Source: Luteolibacter sp. (GTDB taxonomy: Bacteria > Verrucomicrobiota > Verrucomicrobiia > Verrucomicrobiales > Akkermansiaceae). From it: a stretch of DNA of 57,367 nt. A program made the position numbers and the translations under genes. Below the pieces are notes generated by a model. It was not told the DNA's origin. It made no database searches and worked only from the letters and a program-made list of their open reading frames with translations. Numbering within the stretch: position 1 is the stretch's first letter; each line of letters begins with the position of its first letter. The stretch lies in NCBI GenBank assembly GCA_044375585.1, contig JBILMI010000001.1:1-57367 (forward strand), given 5' to 3'. This document shows, in pieces, positions 20,011 to 28,328 of this stretch.

Positions 20011-20391
20011 ATGACAGATGACATCAAGGAATTTCACGACCTAAGAGTGAACGTGGATAATGTCATTTATATGCCAACTCTGGATGCGCCGCCTAATAAG
20101 CCACATCCTTTCGTTTATTTCATTTCAATTTTTAACGATTCATCCGTGCCGATCACGATTCGTGCAAGGAAGTGGGTAGTGATTGAAGATGGTGGTGAAA
20201 CGACGGTGGTTGAAGGCGATGGAGTGGTTGGGCAACAGCCAACGATTAAGCCTGGTGAGCATTTTTCATACAATAGCTATCACGTGATTGGGAAAAGTGC
20301 GTTGGTGAATGGTGCCTTCTTCGCTGAAATGGTGGATGGCGAATTAGTTTTCACGCGGATTCCTGAGTTTCGGTTGGAATTACCGAAATAG
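20011..20391 (+). CDS. apaG: ApaG domain protein
   Basis: FVYFISI.N, R.W.., VEGDGVVGQQP.I.PGE.F.Y.S; start placed at ATG 20011. Confidence 0.85.
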   Translation: MTDDIKEFHDLRVNVDNVIYMPTLDAPPNKPHPFVYFISIFNDSSVPITIRARKWVVIEDGGETTVVEGDGVVGQQPTIKPGEHFSYNSYHVIGKSALVNGAFFAEMVDGELVFTRIPEFRLELPK

Positions 20392-20409
20392 TCTAATTTG
20401 ACTTTGTAT

Positions 20410-20442
20410 AAAAAAAGAGGCTCCCCGTCTGGAGAGCCTCTT
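20410..20442 (-). terminator. Intrinsic terminator of the RRM gene
   Basis: AAGAGGCTC...GAGCCTCTT stem with an A7 tract on the plus strand (U tract on minus). Confidence 0.8.
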
Positions 20443-20459
20443 GAATTGAGACAGGAAGA

Positions 20460-21404
20460 TTAGGCTTTGACCTCTTCTTTGGATTCTTCGGCAGTATTTT
20501 CCTGAGGGGAAAATTCTTCGGTAGGAACTTCAGAAATAGACTCTTCGATGATCGCTTCGGCAACTGGCTCGGTTGAGCTTGTGCTTGCAGAATCATGGAT
20601 GAGGTCAAGGACTTCTTCTTTAACAGGGTTGATAGGAGCAAGGGTAGGTAGGGTAACCTCGGTGGAGGTGTTGCCGCCTTCTTCACTTTCAGCATCGTTG
20701 TAATCTTTGGATTTAGCTCCCGACACAGTGATTTTACGACCCATGAAGAATTGATCATGAAGGACTTCGACGGTGCGCTTCGCTTCGTCAATATCCAGCA
20801 TTTCAATGAAGCCATAGCCTTTGGAGCGATGGGTACTACGATTGTAAACAATCTCAACTTGGCGGACGGCTCCGACGCCTTTGAAAAGCTCTTCTAGATC
20901 ACTCTCGGTGGTATCGTAGGACAGGTTTCCAACATAAACGCGACGGTTCTCGACAGTTGAAGGATCTCCTCCACGGGTACGATTTCCATTTTTGCTCGAA
21001 CGCTCACGGCTTTGTTTTTTGCCTTCTGAGTTGTCACGTGTTTCGTTATTGTTGCCTTGATCCGTGCGCGCATCGCGGGTTTTGCTGCGGCGCGGTTCGC
21101 GGGTTTGCTTGGTCTCGGAAACACTCGGGCGACGCTCCGGACGGGGCGGTCTGACGGGTTCTTTTTTACCTAAACCAATGGATTTGAGAAGTTTCTGCCA
21201 CCAACTAAGTTTTGGAGCTGGCATGGCACGACGTTGCTGGGAATTGCCAGAGCCTTGGCGGCCAGGTCGATTTCCACCGCCGGACTGACGTCCTTCGTTG
21301 TTTCCACGGTTTGAGTTGTTATTTTTATTACGGTTTTGCCCTCCGCGTGAGCGGCGGCGACGGCTTTCTCCCTGATTCTGGGAGTTTTGTGTATCAGTTG
21401 ACAT
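20460..21404 (-). CDS. RRM RNA-binding protein with long disordered extensions
   Basis: RNP2 VYVGNL and RNP1 KGYGFIEM; ~150-aa R/G/N/S-rich N-terminus; acidic C-terminal tail. Confidence 0.9.
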   Translation of the reverse strand: MSTDTQNSQNQGESRRRRSRGGQNRNKNNNSNRGNNEGRQSGGGNRPGRQGSGNSQQRRAMPAPKLSWWQKLLKSIGLGKKEPVRPPRPERRPSVSETKQTREPRRSKTRDARTDQGNNNETRDNSEGKKQSRERSSKNGNRTRGGDPSTVENRRVYVGNLSYDTTESDLEELFKGVGAVRQVEIVYNRSTHRSKGYGFIEMLDIDEAKRTVEVLHDQFFMGRKITVSGAKSKDYNDAESEEGGNTSTEVTLPTLAPINPVKEEVLDLIHDSASTSSTEPVAEAIIEESISEVPTEEFSPQENTAEESKEEVKA

Positions 21405-21425
21405 GGTTTCGCATGGGTCAGTGTT

Positions 21426-21718
21426 TTACGGACGGCCCGGCGCGTTGGGTGGTTTGTATCCCCAGCATTGCAGGAACGGACCTGCGCGCAATTACCGTGG
21501 CTATCGATCGCCAGCTTTTTGGTGCTGGAACAAGCCCCCGCAACTGTTGCGGAAAAGGTCTTGAAGGAATCGATTGCCGGCAATTTGCGCCGCCATCCGT
21601 AAGCAAGGAGGTCCCGGATTTCCTGGCAAAACCTTAAGATTCGTGTTTCACGAGGAAAAACGAATGTTTGGAGAAAAAGGGTGCCGGATGCGGACATCGG
21701 AGATAAGGGGACTCCTGC
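21426..21718 (-). ncRNA. Candidate structured RNA (5' leader of the RRM gene)
   Basis: More than ten nested helices found by eye; two G-U wobbles form only on the minus strand; ends 21 nt before the ATG. Confidence 0.6.
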
Positions 21719-21727
21719 TCGCGCGGG

Positions 21728-21755
21728 AATTTAGGGAGGATTCTGCGTTTGGCAA
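21728..21755 (-). promoter_or_regulatory. Sigma70-like promoter for the structured leader and RRM gene
   Basis: Minus strand TTGCCA-N16-TAAATT followed by GC-rich CCCGCGC. Confidence 0.6.
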
Positions 21756-21821
21756 GGAGATTGCTGGTAGATTTACCGCGTTGTCGATTTCATAAGGAAA
21801 ACGAACCGCAAATGAGGGCAA

Positions 21822-21943
21822 TTAACCACGAAAAATAGCAAATATACGAAAAGTAGAGCTTTAGTGGCTGATAGTTCAAAGAACTGAAAAACATACTCCT
21901 TTAATCCACATGTTTTCGTGTCCTTCGTGATTCTAGTGGTTAA
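21822..21943. repeat. Palindromic intergenic element with 9-bp periodic arms (copy 1)
   Basis: TTAACCACGAAAAATAGCAAATATACGAAAA ... TTTTCGTGTCCTTCGTGATTCTAGTGGTTAA; 22/31 complementary. Confidence 0.7.
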
Positions 21944-21957
21944 AAAAAACTTGATAT

Positions 21958-24684
21958 CTATTGGCCTTTTGGCGTTGAAAACGACTGTTCTAAATGATCG
22001 TTTTGAGATAGAAGTGCATAGTCGTCGTATTGAACTTTCGGTGCTGGAGGCCAAAAGACATACTGCTGGATGGATTCAACGATCCACTTCATACAAGATT
22101 CAGCCGATTTTAAATCTTCTTGGGAGAATGAGCTCCATTCGACGAATCCGACTTCTTTTTCGGTCGATCCAAGTTTGATATAGCAGGGAATGGGGACTCC
22201 AGTGGAGTTTTTACTCTCTGCAAGTGCGTAGAGAGGGAGTTGGAGATTTTTCCAGAGAAAATTGGCAGAAGCTTTTCCGTCTATCGCCTTGTGGATGGCT
22301 GGGGAGTTTTCGGCGAGATGCGGCGGGATTTTAGTTTTAGCAGTGATCTTTTTGCGATGCTGGGATTCCGTCTTATCGACTTTGCCGGTTTTGTAATCGA
22401 TCACACGTAGCTGACCAGTTTCTCGGTGACGGTCGATCCGGTCAATGGTTCCGTTGATTTTGAGATTTGAGGTATCGAAGGAGATTTTACGTTCCGCATC
22501 GATGATCTCCCAGCCTTCTGAGATGCTATCTACTTGTCTGTAAGCGAACCATTCGAGGCGTTGTCGCATGGAGTGGACTTGAATCCGAACCGCGAGTGGT
22601 GGATGATTTCCAAACTGGCCGAAAATGGTTCGGTTTAATACGGCATCGAGATAGGCGATCAGATCATCGGGTTTATAGAGCTGTCTGGCCTCGGTATCTT
22701 TACCCCATATCTCCAACACTTTGTGGGTGATGGAACCGAAGTCACGGTGATTCATTTCTCTGCGATCCGGCTCTGGTAGAGAGGTTCTTACGATGTGTTT
22801 TAGGTAAAAGCGAAATGGGCAGGCAAGGTAATCGCTAAATGAGGTGACGCTGAGTTTTTCGGGGAGTTCGACTTGCGGTGTTTGCCAGGTGATATCGCGT
22901 GTCCAAATGAGATTGGCTTCGGGAGGCTCGATCTCGCGGAACAGGTTGTTGACCGTTGTGACAAGTTGGATTTTAGGAACTTTGAGTAATAAGCTCGAGG
23001 GTAGGTAGGTTTCTCCGTTTGTGCCGTTTTTTCCGCAGAACAGATAAGTGGATCCGTTAGTCTCACGCATCCGAATCATTGCGTGGAGGAGAAAAGCATC
23101 ACGAGCTTGTCGATCTGTTAGATTATTGAGTTTAAGCACTCCACGAATTTTTTCTGAAAGCCATGGTTCACCGCCGGGGCGGGCAGGAACGAATGCTTCA
23201 TTCATTCCTGTGATCAATAGATGTTTCCCAGGCTCATAAAGTAGCTCCAACCAACCTTGAACATCGATGGCTCGATCTAATGGCGGCTGTGCGGGAGGTC
23301 TTGGAATTTCTGAGATGACCATCTGCAACCAGAATAAATGACTGCGTTTTAAAGAGGTAAAAAGTGGAGTGGCAGCATCTATAAAATCGGCGATGCTGGA
23401 TAAGGTATTGGCAGAGGTTTCTGCATCGATTTCGATTAGATCCAAGTGTTGGTGCATTGCCTGAGGGAATGCTGCTTTAAGAAATATTTCGCGATGCGAA
23501 AGCAGGCTGGCGATGTTGTCACGAAGAATATGGAGCTCAGAGTGATCGGAGGAGGTGAGTCGCTCAACAATGGCTTCTGGCTCGATGATAGGATGGCGAT
23601 CTCGATATTGATTGAGAGCTAATAAGATATCAGCTCGATTCCCAGAAATGAGGCTCGCAGATTCTGGGAAGGTGAGGAGTGCGGCAAGGTTGCGGCTGTT
23701 TGCTTGGGTTAGCCAGTTTTTCCAAACTAACAGCCAGCGTTGAAGTGGCGGGACGGGTTGTTGGGATGCTGGATGAAATGCAGGCCAGCCTTGGTGGGTG
23801 AGAAGATGAGCGAGCGCCGATCCAGTTTCATCATCCGCGCTGCCGATTGCGATCTCCTGTGAAGTCGCAGCGAGGGTTGCGATGGTATTCAGGGATGCTT
23901 GGGCTTGGCTAGTGGGATCCGCAGTCAATGTCACGGTGACAGATTCTGGTAGATTTCTGTCCGTCCATGTTGATAGAGGAATACCGAGTTCGTCGAAATT
24001 TAAGGCTTCAGATTCTGGAGCAGAGATGAGAACGATCACTTCACCTGTGAAATCTTTCAGTGCTTGAACGATGCAGACCGGCATTTCGGTGACGCCTGCG
24101 ATAATTATTTTTTTAAAACTAGTGGGAAGTTGAAAGCTTGTGCGTAGGGCTTGTGATCGGGACTGATAACCCCAAGCATACAGCTTTTTCTCCATTAACG
24201 ATTCGAGCTGCGCGAGGTTTTCCCAACGATCGCCCTCGGTTGTGCCTAGTAGAAATTTCGACGCAGAAAAAAGATTGTGTAGGGACTCCTCAAGCGTGCT
24301 GCGTAGCGCAACGATTTCTGCTGCGAGCGCAGCTGTCCAATCTGACGATAGCGTTTCCAAATCCGGAGGTGTGGGAAATAGTCCTGAGTAGTTTTCCCAA
24401 TCGTCTTGGTTTAGATTTTCTAAAATATCCATCCAAGCGATTTTTTCTAACCAACGCGGAGCGATGTTAGAATTCTCCAAATGCATTAGTGCGCCAGGGG
24501 TCGTTACCGTTGGGGCGAGTAAAGCTCCAGCCTCCGCAGCAAGATTCTCACGTAAGATCCGTCCGCTCTGTGATGTCGGGACGATTATCAAGCTCTCCGG
24601 TAGTGACTGAATACTCTTGAGTAGATAAGTAGTCAGGCTGTGCAGAAATGGTGCTGAGTAACCGAGAAAAATCCGCTGAGGCAT
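21958..24684 (-). CDS. AddB-like PD-(D/E)XK nuclease family protein
   Basis: Degenerate helicase-like N-terminus (IIVPT); LSVTSFSDYLACPFRFYL, G...H..LE, GTIDRID, VIDYKTG, LQLPLY. Confidence 0.85.
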   Translation of the reverse strand: MPQRIFLGYSAPFLHSLTTYLLKSIQSLPESLIIVPTSQSGRILRENLAAEAGALLAPTVTTPGALMHLENSNIAPRWLEKIAWMDILENLNQDDWENYSGLFPTPPDLETLSSDWTAALAAEIVALRSTLEESLHNLFSASKFLLGTTEGDRWENLAQLESLMEKKLYAWGYQSRSQALRTSFQLPTSFKKIIIAGVTEMPVCIVQALKDFTGEVIVLISAPESEALNFDELGIPLSTWTDRNLPESVTVTLTADPTSQAQASLNTIATLAATSQEIAIGSADDETGSALAHLLTHQGWPAFHPASQQPVPPLQRWLLVWKNWLTQANSRNLAALLTFPESASLISGNRADILLALNQYRDRHPIIEPEAIVERLTSSDHSELHILRDNIASLLSHREIFLKAAFPQAMHQHLDLIEIDAETSANTLSSIADFIDAATPLFTSLKRSHLFWLQMVISEIPRPPAQPPLDRAIDVQGWLELLYEPGKHLLITGMNEAFVPARPGGEPWLSEKIRGVLKLNNLTDRQARDAFLLHAMIRMRETNGSTYLFCGKNGTNGETYLPSSLLLKVPKIQLVTTVNNLFREIEPPEANLIWTRDITWQTPQVELPEKLSVTSFSDYLACPFRFYLKHIVRTSLPEPDRREMNHRDFGSITHKVLEIWGKDTEARQLYKPDDLIAYLDAVLNRTIFGQFGNHPPLAVRIQVHSMRQRLEWFAYRQVDSISEGWEIIDAERKISFDTSNLKINGTIDRIDRHRETGQLRVIDYKTGKVDKTESQHRKKITAKTKIPPHLAENSPAIHKAIDGKASANFLWKNLQLPLYALAESKNSTGVPIPCYIKLGSTEKEVGFVEWSSFSQEDLKSAESCMKWIVESIQQYVFWPPAPKVQYDDYALLSQNDHLEQSFSTPKGQ

Positions 24685-24757
24685 GGGGATACTTTAAATT
24701 TTAAATCTTAAACCTCAAGGTTTGGATTGGCGGGATTTTTTTGGAATGAAGAGGAAC

Positions 24758-24791
24758 AAAAAAAGCGAGCACCCGTTGAGGTGCTCGCTTT
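24758..24791 (-). terminator. Intrinsic terminator after rpsU
   Basis: AAAAAAAGCGAGCACC-CGTTGA-GGTGCTCGCTTT. Confidence 0.85.
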
Positions 24792-24828
24792 GAGATCATT
24801 TTTCTGACCTAGTGAGTCAGGTAAGGAA

Positions 24829-25068
24829 TTAACCGTTAGTGAGATCGACAGTTTCGATTTCGGCGGGTGATGCGCCGGTTGAGAAACGCCATCTGACTTT
24901 GTTACGCTTGGAAGCGGTACGAAGCTTGCGCTGTTTGCGCTCAGTTGGGGTTTCGAAAGCGCGACGACGGCGCATTTCCTCAAGAATTCCTTCGGAATCG
25001 AGTTTGGTCTTGAGGCGTTTGAGGGCGCGATCGACGGGCTCTCCTTTTTTTACATTCACTCCACGCAT
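24829..25068 (-). CDS. rpsU: 30S ribosomal protein S21
   Basis: V.VKKGEPVDRALKRLK...EGILEEMRRRRAFETP. Confidence 0.95.
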   Translation of the reverse strand: MRGVNVKKGEPVDRALKRLKTKLDSEGILEEMRRRRAFETPTERKQRKLRTASKRNKVRWRFSTGASPAEIETVDLTNG

Positions 25069-25170
25069 GTGCTGATGTTTTTCGTTGGTTGTATCTTTAA
25101 AATCGTTCTTGGAGGGCGGTGTATGGGCTGGTTGACCGATTGAGTCAAGCAGGAAACACCGCCTTAATGG

Positions 25171-26037
25171 TTATTCACCGAGGCCAAAGCGGACGAAACG
25201 GGTGACACTGAGGGTGTCGCCGAGTTCTTTACCTTTTTGTTCGAGGAGTTGAGTAATGGTGACTTCTGGGTCTTTCACGAAGCCTTGCTCAAGGAAGCAA
25301 GATTCTGCGAAGAACTTAGCGATTTGACCTTTGAGGATATTTTCGATGATATTCTCAGGCTTGCCTTGCTCGATGAGACGCACGCGGAAGATGTCTTTCT
25401 CCGCGTTGACGATGGCCTCAGGGATATCGTTGCGGGAAAGGCCTTTGGGTGCGCAGGCAGCGATGTGAAGGGTTAGGTCCTTGATGAGTTCCTGGAAGGC
25501 AGGCTGTGAAGCAACTGCGGAGTTGGTGGTGCCAACTTCGAGGAGAACGCCGACTTTACCACCGAGATGGATGTAGGAACCAACCACGCCACCGGGTGCA
25601 GCGTCGAAACGGACATATTTGCGGAACTGCAGGTTTTCACCGAGTTCTACGACTTTGACTTTCACGAAGTCTTCAAGTGTGCTTTCACCGTGAGGGACGG
25701 CAAGGGCGGCAGCGTGGTCTGCGGCATTGGAGGCAGAGAGCTTGTCAGCGATTGCTGAAACGAAGATCTGGAAGTTTTCGTTTTTGGAAACGAAGTCGGT
25801 TTCGCAGTTTACTTCGAGTAAGATACCCATGGTAGCAGCGTCGTTGACGCGTGCGGCGATGATGCCTTCGTTGGCTTCGCGGTCGGCTTTGGCACCGGCT
25901 TTAGCGATGCCACGCTCACGAAGGAGTTTGATGGAAGCTTCGATATCGCCATTGGTTTCGGTGAGGACTTTTTTGCAGTCCATCATGCCGGCGTTGGTTT
26001 TATCGCGGAGTTCTTTAACGATTGATGCGGTGATCAT
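25171..26037 (-). CDS. tsf: Elongation factor Ts
   Basis: ITASIVKELRDKTNAGMMDCKK; EVNCETDFV. Confidence 0.97.
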   Translation of the reverse strand: MITASIVKELRDKTNAGMMDCKKVLTETNGDIEASIKLLRERGIAKAGAKADREANEGIIAARVNDAATMGILLEVNCETDFVSKNENFQIFVSAIADKLSASNAADHAAALAVPHGESTLEDFVKVKVVELGENLQFRKYVRFDAAPGGVVGSYIHLGGKVGVLLEVGTTNSAVASQPAFQELIKDLTLHIAACAPKGLSRNDIPEAIVNAEKDIFRVRLIEQGKPENIIENILKGQIAKFFAESCFLEQGFVKDPEVTITQLLEQKGKELGDTLSVTRFVRFGLGE

Positions 26038-26113
26038 GAAATAAGTTTGCTAGTTGGCAGTGTTCAGTTTTCAGGGAAGTGCGGTTGTTAAAAACGCAGG
26101 CTCTTCGAGGTGA

Positions 26114-26797
26114 TTAATTCTTTTTAGCTGCGAGCATACCATCGACCAAGTTTTGGAGGATGATGCGGATTGAGCGGATCGCATCGTCATTACCAGGAAT
26201 TGGGAAATCAACTTTAGCTGGATCAGCATTGGTATCGACGATGGCGACGATTGGAATGTTTAGGCGTTGAGCTTCTGCAACGGCGATGGTCTCGCGAGCG
26301 GAGTCGACGATGACGATAGCATCAGGTTTTTTCTCAAGGTTACGAACACCGCGAAGGTTGCGGAGAAGTTTTTCGCGCTCACGACCGAGTGCTGCGAGTT
26401 CCTTTTTTGACATCGATTTGAACTCAGGTTGTTTATCGATGTTTTCGAGGTAGCGAAGGCGTTCTACGGATTTACGAACGGTGGTGGCGTTGGTGAGCAT
26501 GCCGCCAAGCCAGCGATGGTTGACGTAATGTTGACCGGTGGCTTCTGCAGCCTCGCGGATGGCGTCTTGTGCCTGGCGTTTGCAGCCTACGAAAAGAATA
26601 CTTTTGTTTTTGCTTACAAGGTCAGCAAGAAATGCCGAAGCTTTATCAAGCTGTTGGACAGTTTTTTCGAGGTTGATGATGTAGATTCCGCCTTTGTCCT
26701 TCATGAGGAAGGGCTTCATGCGTGGATTCCACTTTTTCGTTTGGTGTCCGTAGTGAACGCCTGCGTCCACCATATCCGAGATGAGTTCGTTAATCAT
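26114..26797 (-). CDS. rpsB: 30S ribosomal protein S2
   Basis: AGVHYGHQTKKWNP; RWLGGMLTN; PGNDDAIRSI. Confidence 0.98.
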   Translation of the reverse strand: MINELISDMVDAGVHYGHQTKKWNPRMKPFLMKDKGGIYIINLEKTVQQLDKASAFLADLVSKNKSILFVGCKRQAQDAIREAAEATGQHYVNHRWLGGMLTNATTVRKSVERLRYLENIDKQPEFKSMSKKELAALGREREKLLRNLRGVRNLEKKPDAIVIVDSARETIAVAEAQRLNIPIVAIVDTNADPAKVDFPIPGNDDAIRSIRIILQNLVDGMLAAKKN

Positions 26798-27002
26798 ATT
26801 ATTTGTAATGTTTGTCTCGTCTTAAATCAGAGCGAGCGATTTTGAAGACCTGCCACTTGGTTTCCCTTGGGTCTTCGTTGTTTTGAGGTGGCTGAAGGGG
26901 TGCGGTTCTTATGAGTGAATCCAGAAAAATGCAAGCACTTTTGTGGATTCAGTTTAAAGTTACTAGTTTTCAGTTTTGATTCTTTTTCCTGAAAACTTTT
27001 TC

Positions 27003-28328
27003 CTATCGACGCGTGCGGCGGCGTGCAGCTCCGCTCGTGCGGCTTGGGGTTCCTTGGGATGAGGATTGGCCACGGCGTCCGCCTCCTGAATTTTGCTGGC
27101 CGCCACGCCCACCACCGCCGCCGCCTTGTTTGATTTTAGGGGGTTTGAAGCCGGTACGGTGCTTTTCTTGAAGATTTTCGCTATGCCACTGATGAGAGGT
27201 ATCGCGAGGGATCTGGGTTTTGATGAGTTTTTCAATATCACGGAGGAAATCGATTTCATCTTCAGCGCAGAAAGAGACGGCGAGGCCATCTGCTCCGGCG
27301 CGACCGGTGCGGCCGATGCGGTGGACGTAGGCCTCTGGTTCATTCGGAAGATCGTAATTTACTACCAAACCGATGTCTTTTACATCGACTCCGCGTGCGG
27401 CGACGTCGGTAGCGACGAGGACAGGAACGAGGCCTTGTTTGAATTTCGCGAGGGCTTTTTCCCTTTGGGCTTGGGATTTGTTACCGTGAATGGCTTCTGC
27501 CTCATAGCCAGCGGCGGTTAGGGCGACGGCGAGTTTGTTTGAGCCGTGTTTGGTGCGTCCAAACACGATCGTAAGCTTGGCTTCTTTCGCCTGACTCTGC
27601 TTTTCCAGTAACTGCTGGAGGAGATACATTTTGTTGCCGCGATCCACGAAGCAGAGTTTTTGTTCGATACGTTCTGCGGTGGTGACTTCTGGGGTAATGG
27701 TGACACGAGCTGGGTCGCGCAGGATTTTTTGTGCGAGGGAAACGATGTTCGGGGCAAGTGTGGCGGAGAAAAACAGGGATTGTTTTTTCTTGGGTAGAAG
27801 ATCGACGATGCGGTTCACATCACGGAGGAAACCCATATCCAACATACGATCGACTTCATCGAGGACGAAGAAATCGACGGCTGAAAGGTCGATGTAACCC
27901 TGATCTATGAGATCAAGCAAACGACCCGGCGTGGCGACAAGGACATCGACACCAGCGCGCATGGCGTTGACCTGAGGGCGCTGGCCGACACCGCCCCAAA
28001 TGGTGGTGAGGCGGAAACGGATTTTTTCGCCATAGGTGGAGAAGCTTTTCGCGACCTGGCCTGCTAGTTCGCGGGTTGGAGCAAGAACGAGGCAACGGCA
28101 TTGTTTTGTGCGGATCGGACGTGGATCGTTGTGGAGAGCATTAAGGATAGGCAATGCGAACGAGGCGGTTTTTCCAGTTCCAGTCTGAGCGCAACCGAGT
28201 AGGTCGCGACCTTCCAAGAGCAGCGGGATTGCTTGGGCTTGGACGGGTGATGGGGTGGTATAGTTGAGTTCGTTGAGAACTTGCTTCAAGGGCGCGGCAA
28301 GTGCCATCGCTTCAAATGTAGTGGTCAT
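27003..28328 (-). CDS. DEAD-box RNA helicase (RhlE-like)
   Basis: Q motif, AQTGTGKT, PTRELA, TPGRL, DEVD, SAT, ARGVD, HRIGRTGRAG; G/R-rich tail. Confidence 0.93.
   Translation of the reverse strand: MTTTFEAMALAAPLKQVLNELNYTTPSPVQAQAIPLLLEGRDLLGCAQTGTGKTASFALPILNALHNDPRPIRTKQCRCLVLAPTRELAGQVAKSFSTYGEKIRFRLTTIWGGVGQRPQVNAMRAGVDVLVATPGRLLDLIDQGYIDLSAVDFFVLDEVDRMLDMGFLRDVNRIVDLLPKKKQSLFFSATLAPNIVSLAQKILRDPARVTITPEVTTAERIEQKLCFVDRGNKMYLLQQLLEKQSQAKEAKLTIVFGRTKHGSNKLAVALTAAGYEAEAIHGNKSQAQREKALAKFKQGLVPVLVATDVAARGVDVKDIGLVVNYDLPNEPEAYVHRIGRTGRAGADGLAVSFCAEDEIDFLRDIEKLIKTQIPRDTSHQWHSENLQEKHRTGFKPPKIKQGGGGGGRGGQQNSGGGRRGQSSSQGTPSRTSGAARRRTRR

Noticed and set aside
21426-21602. Possible 6S RNA or SRP RNA identity for the structured element
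   Set aside because: The fold is multi-branched rather than a rod with a central bubble. CAGGUCCG is present but not followed by the SRP GAAGGAAGCAG motif.
21170-21697. ORFs of 175 aa (minus) and 141 aa (plus) spanning the RRM upstream region
   Set aside because: No protein-like features, and both overlap the RRM gene; the region is better explained by RNA structure.
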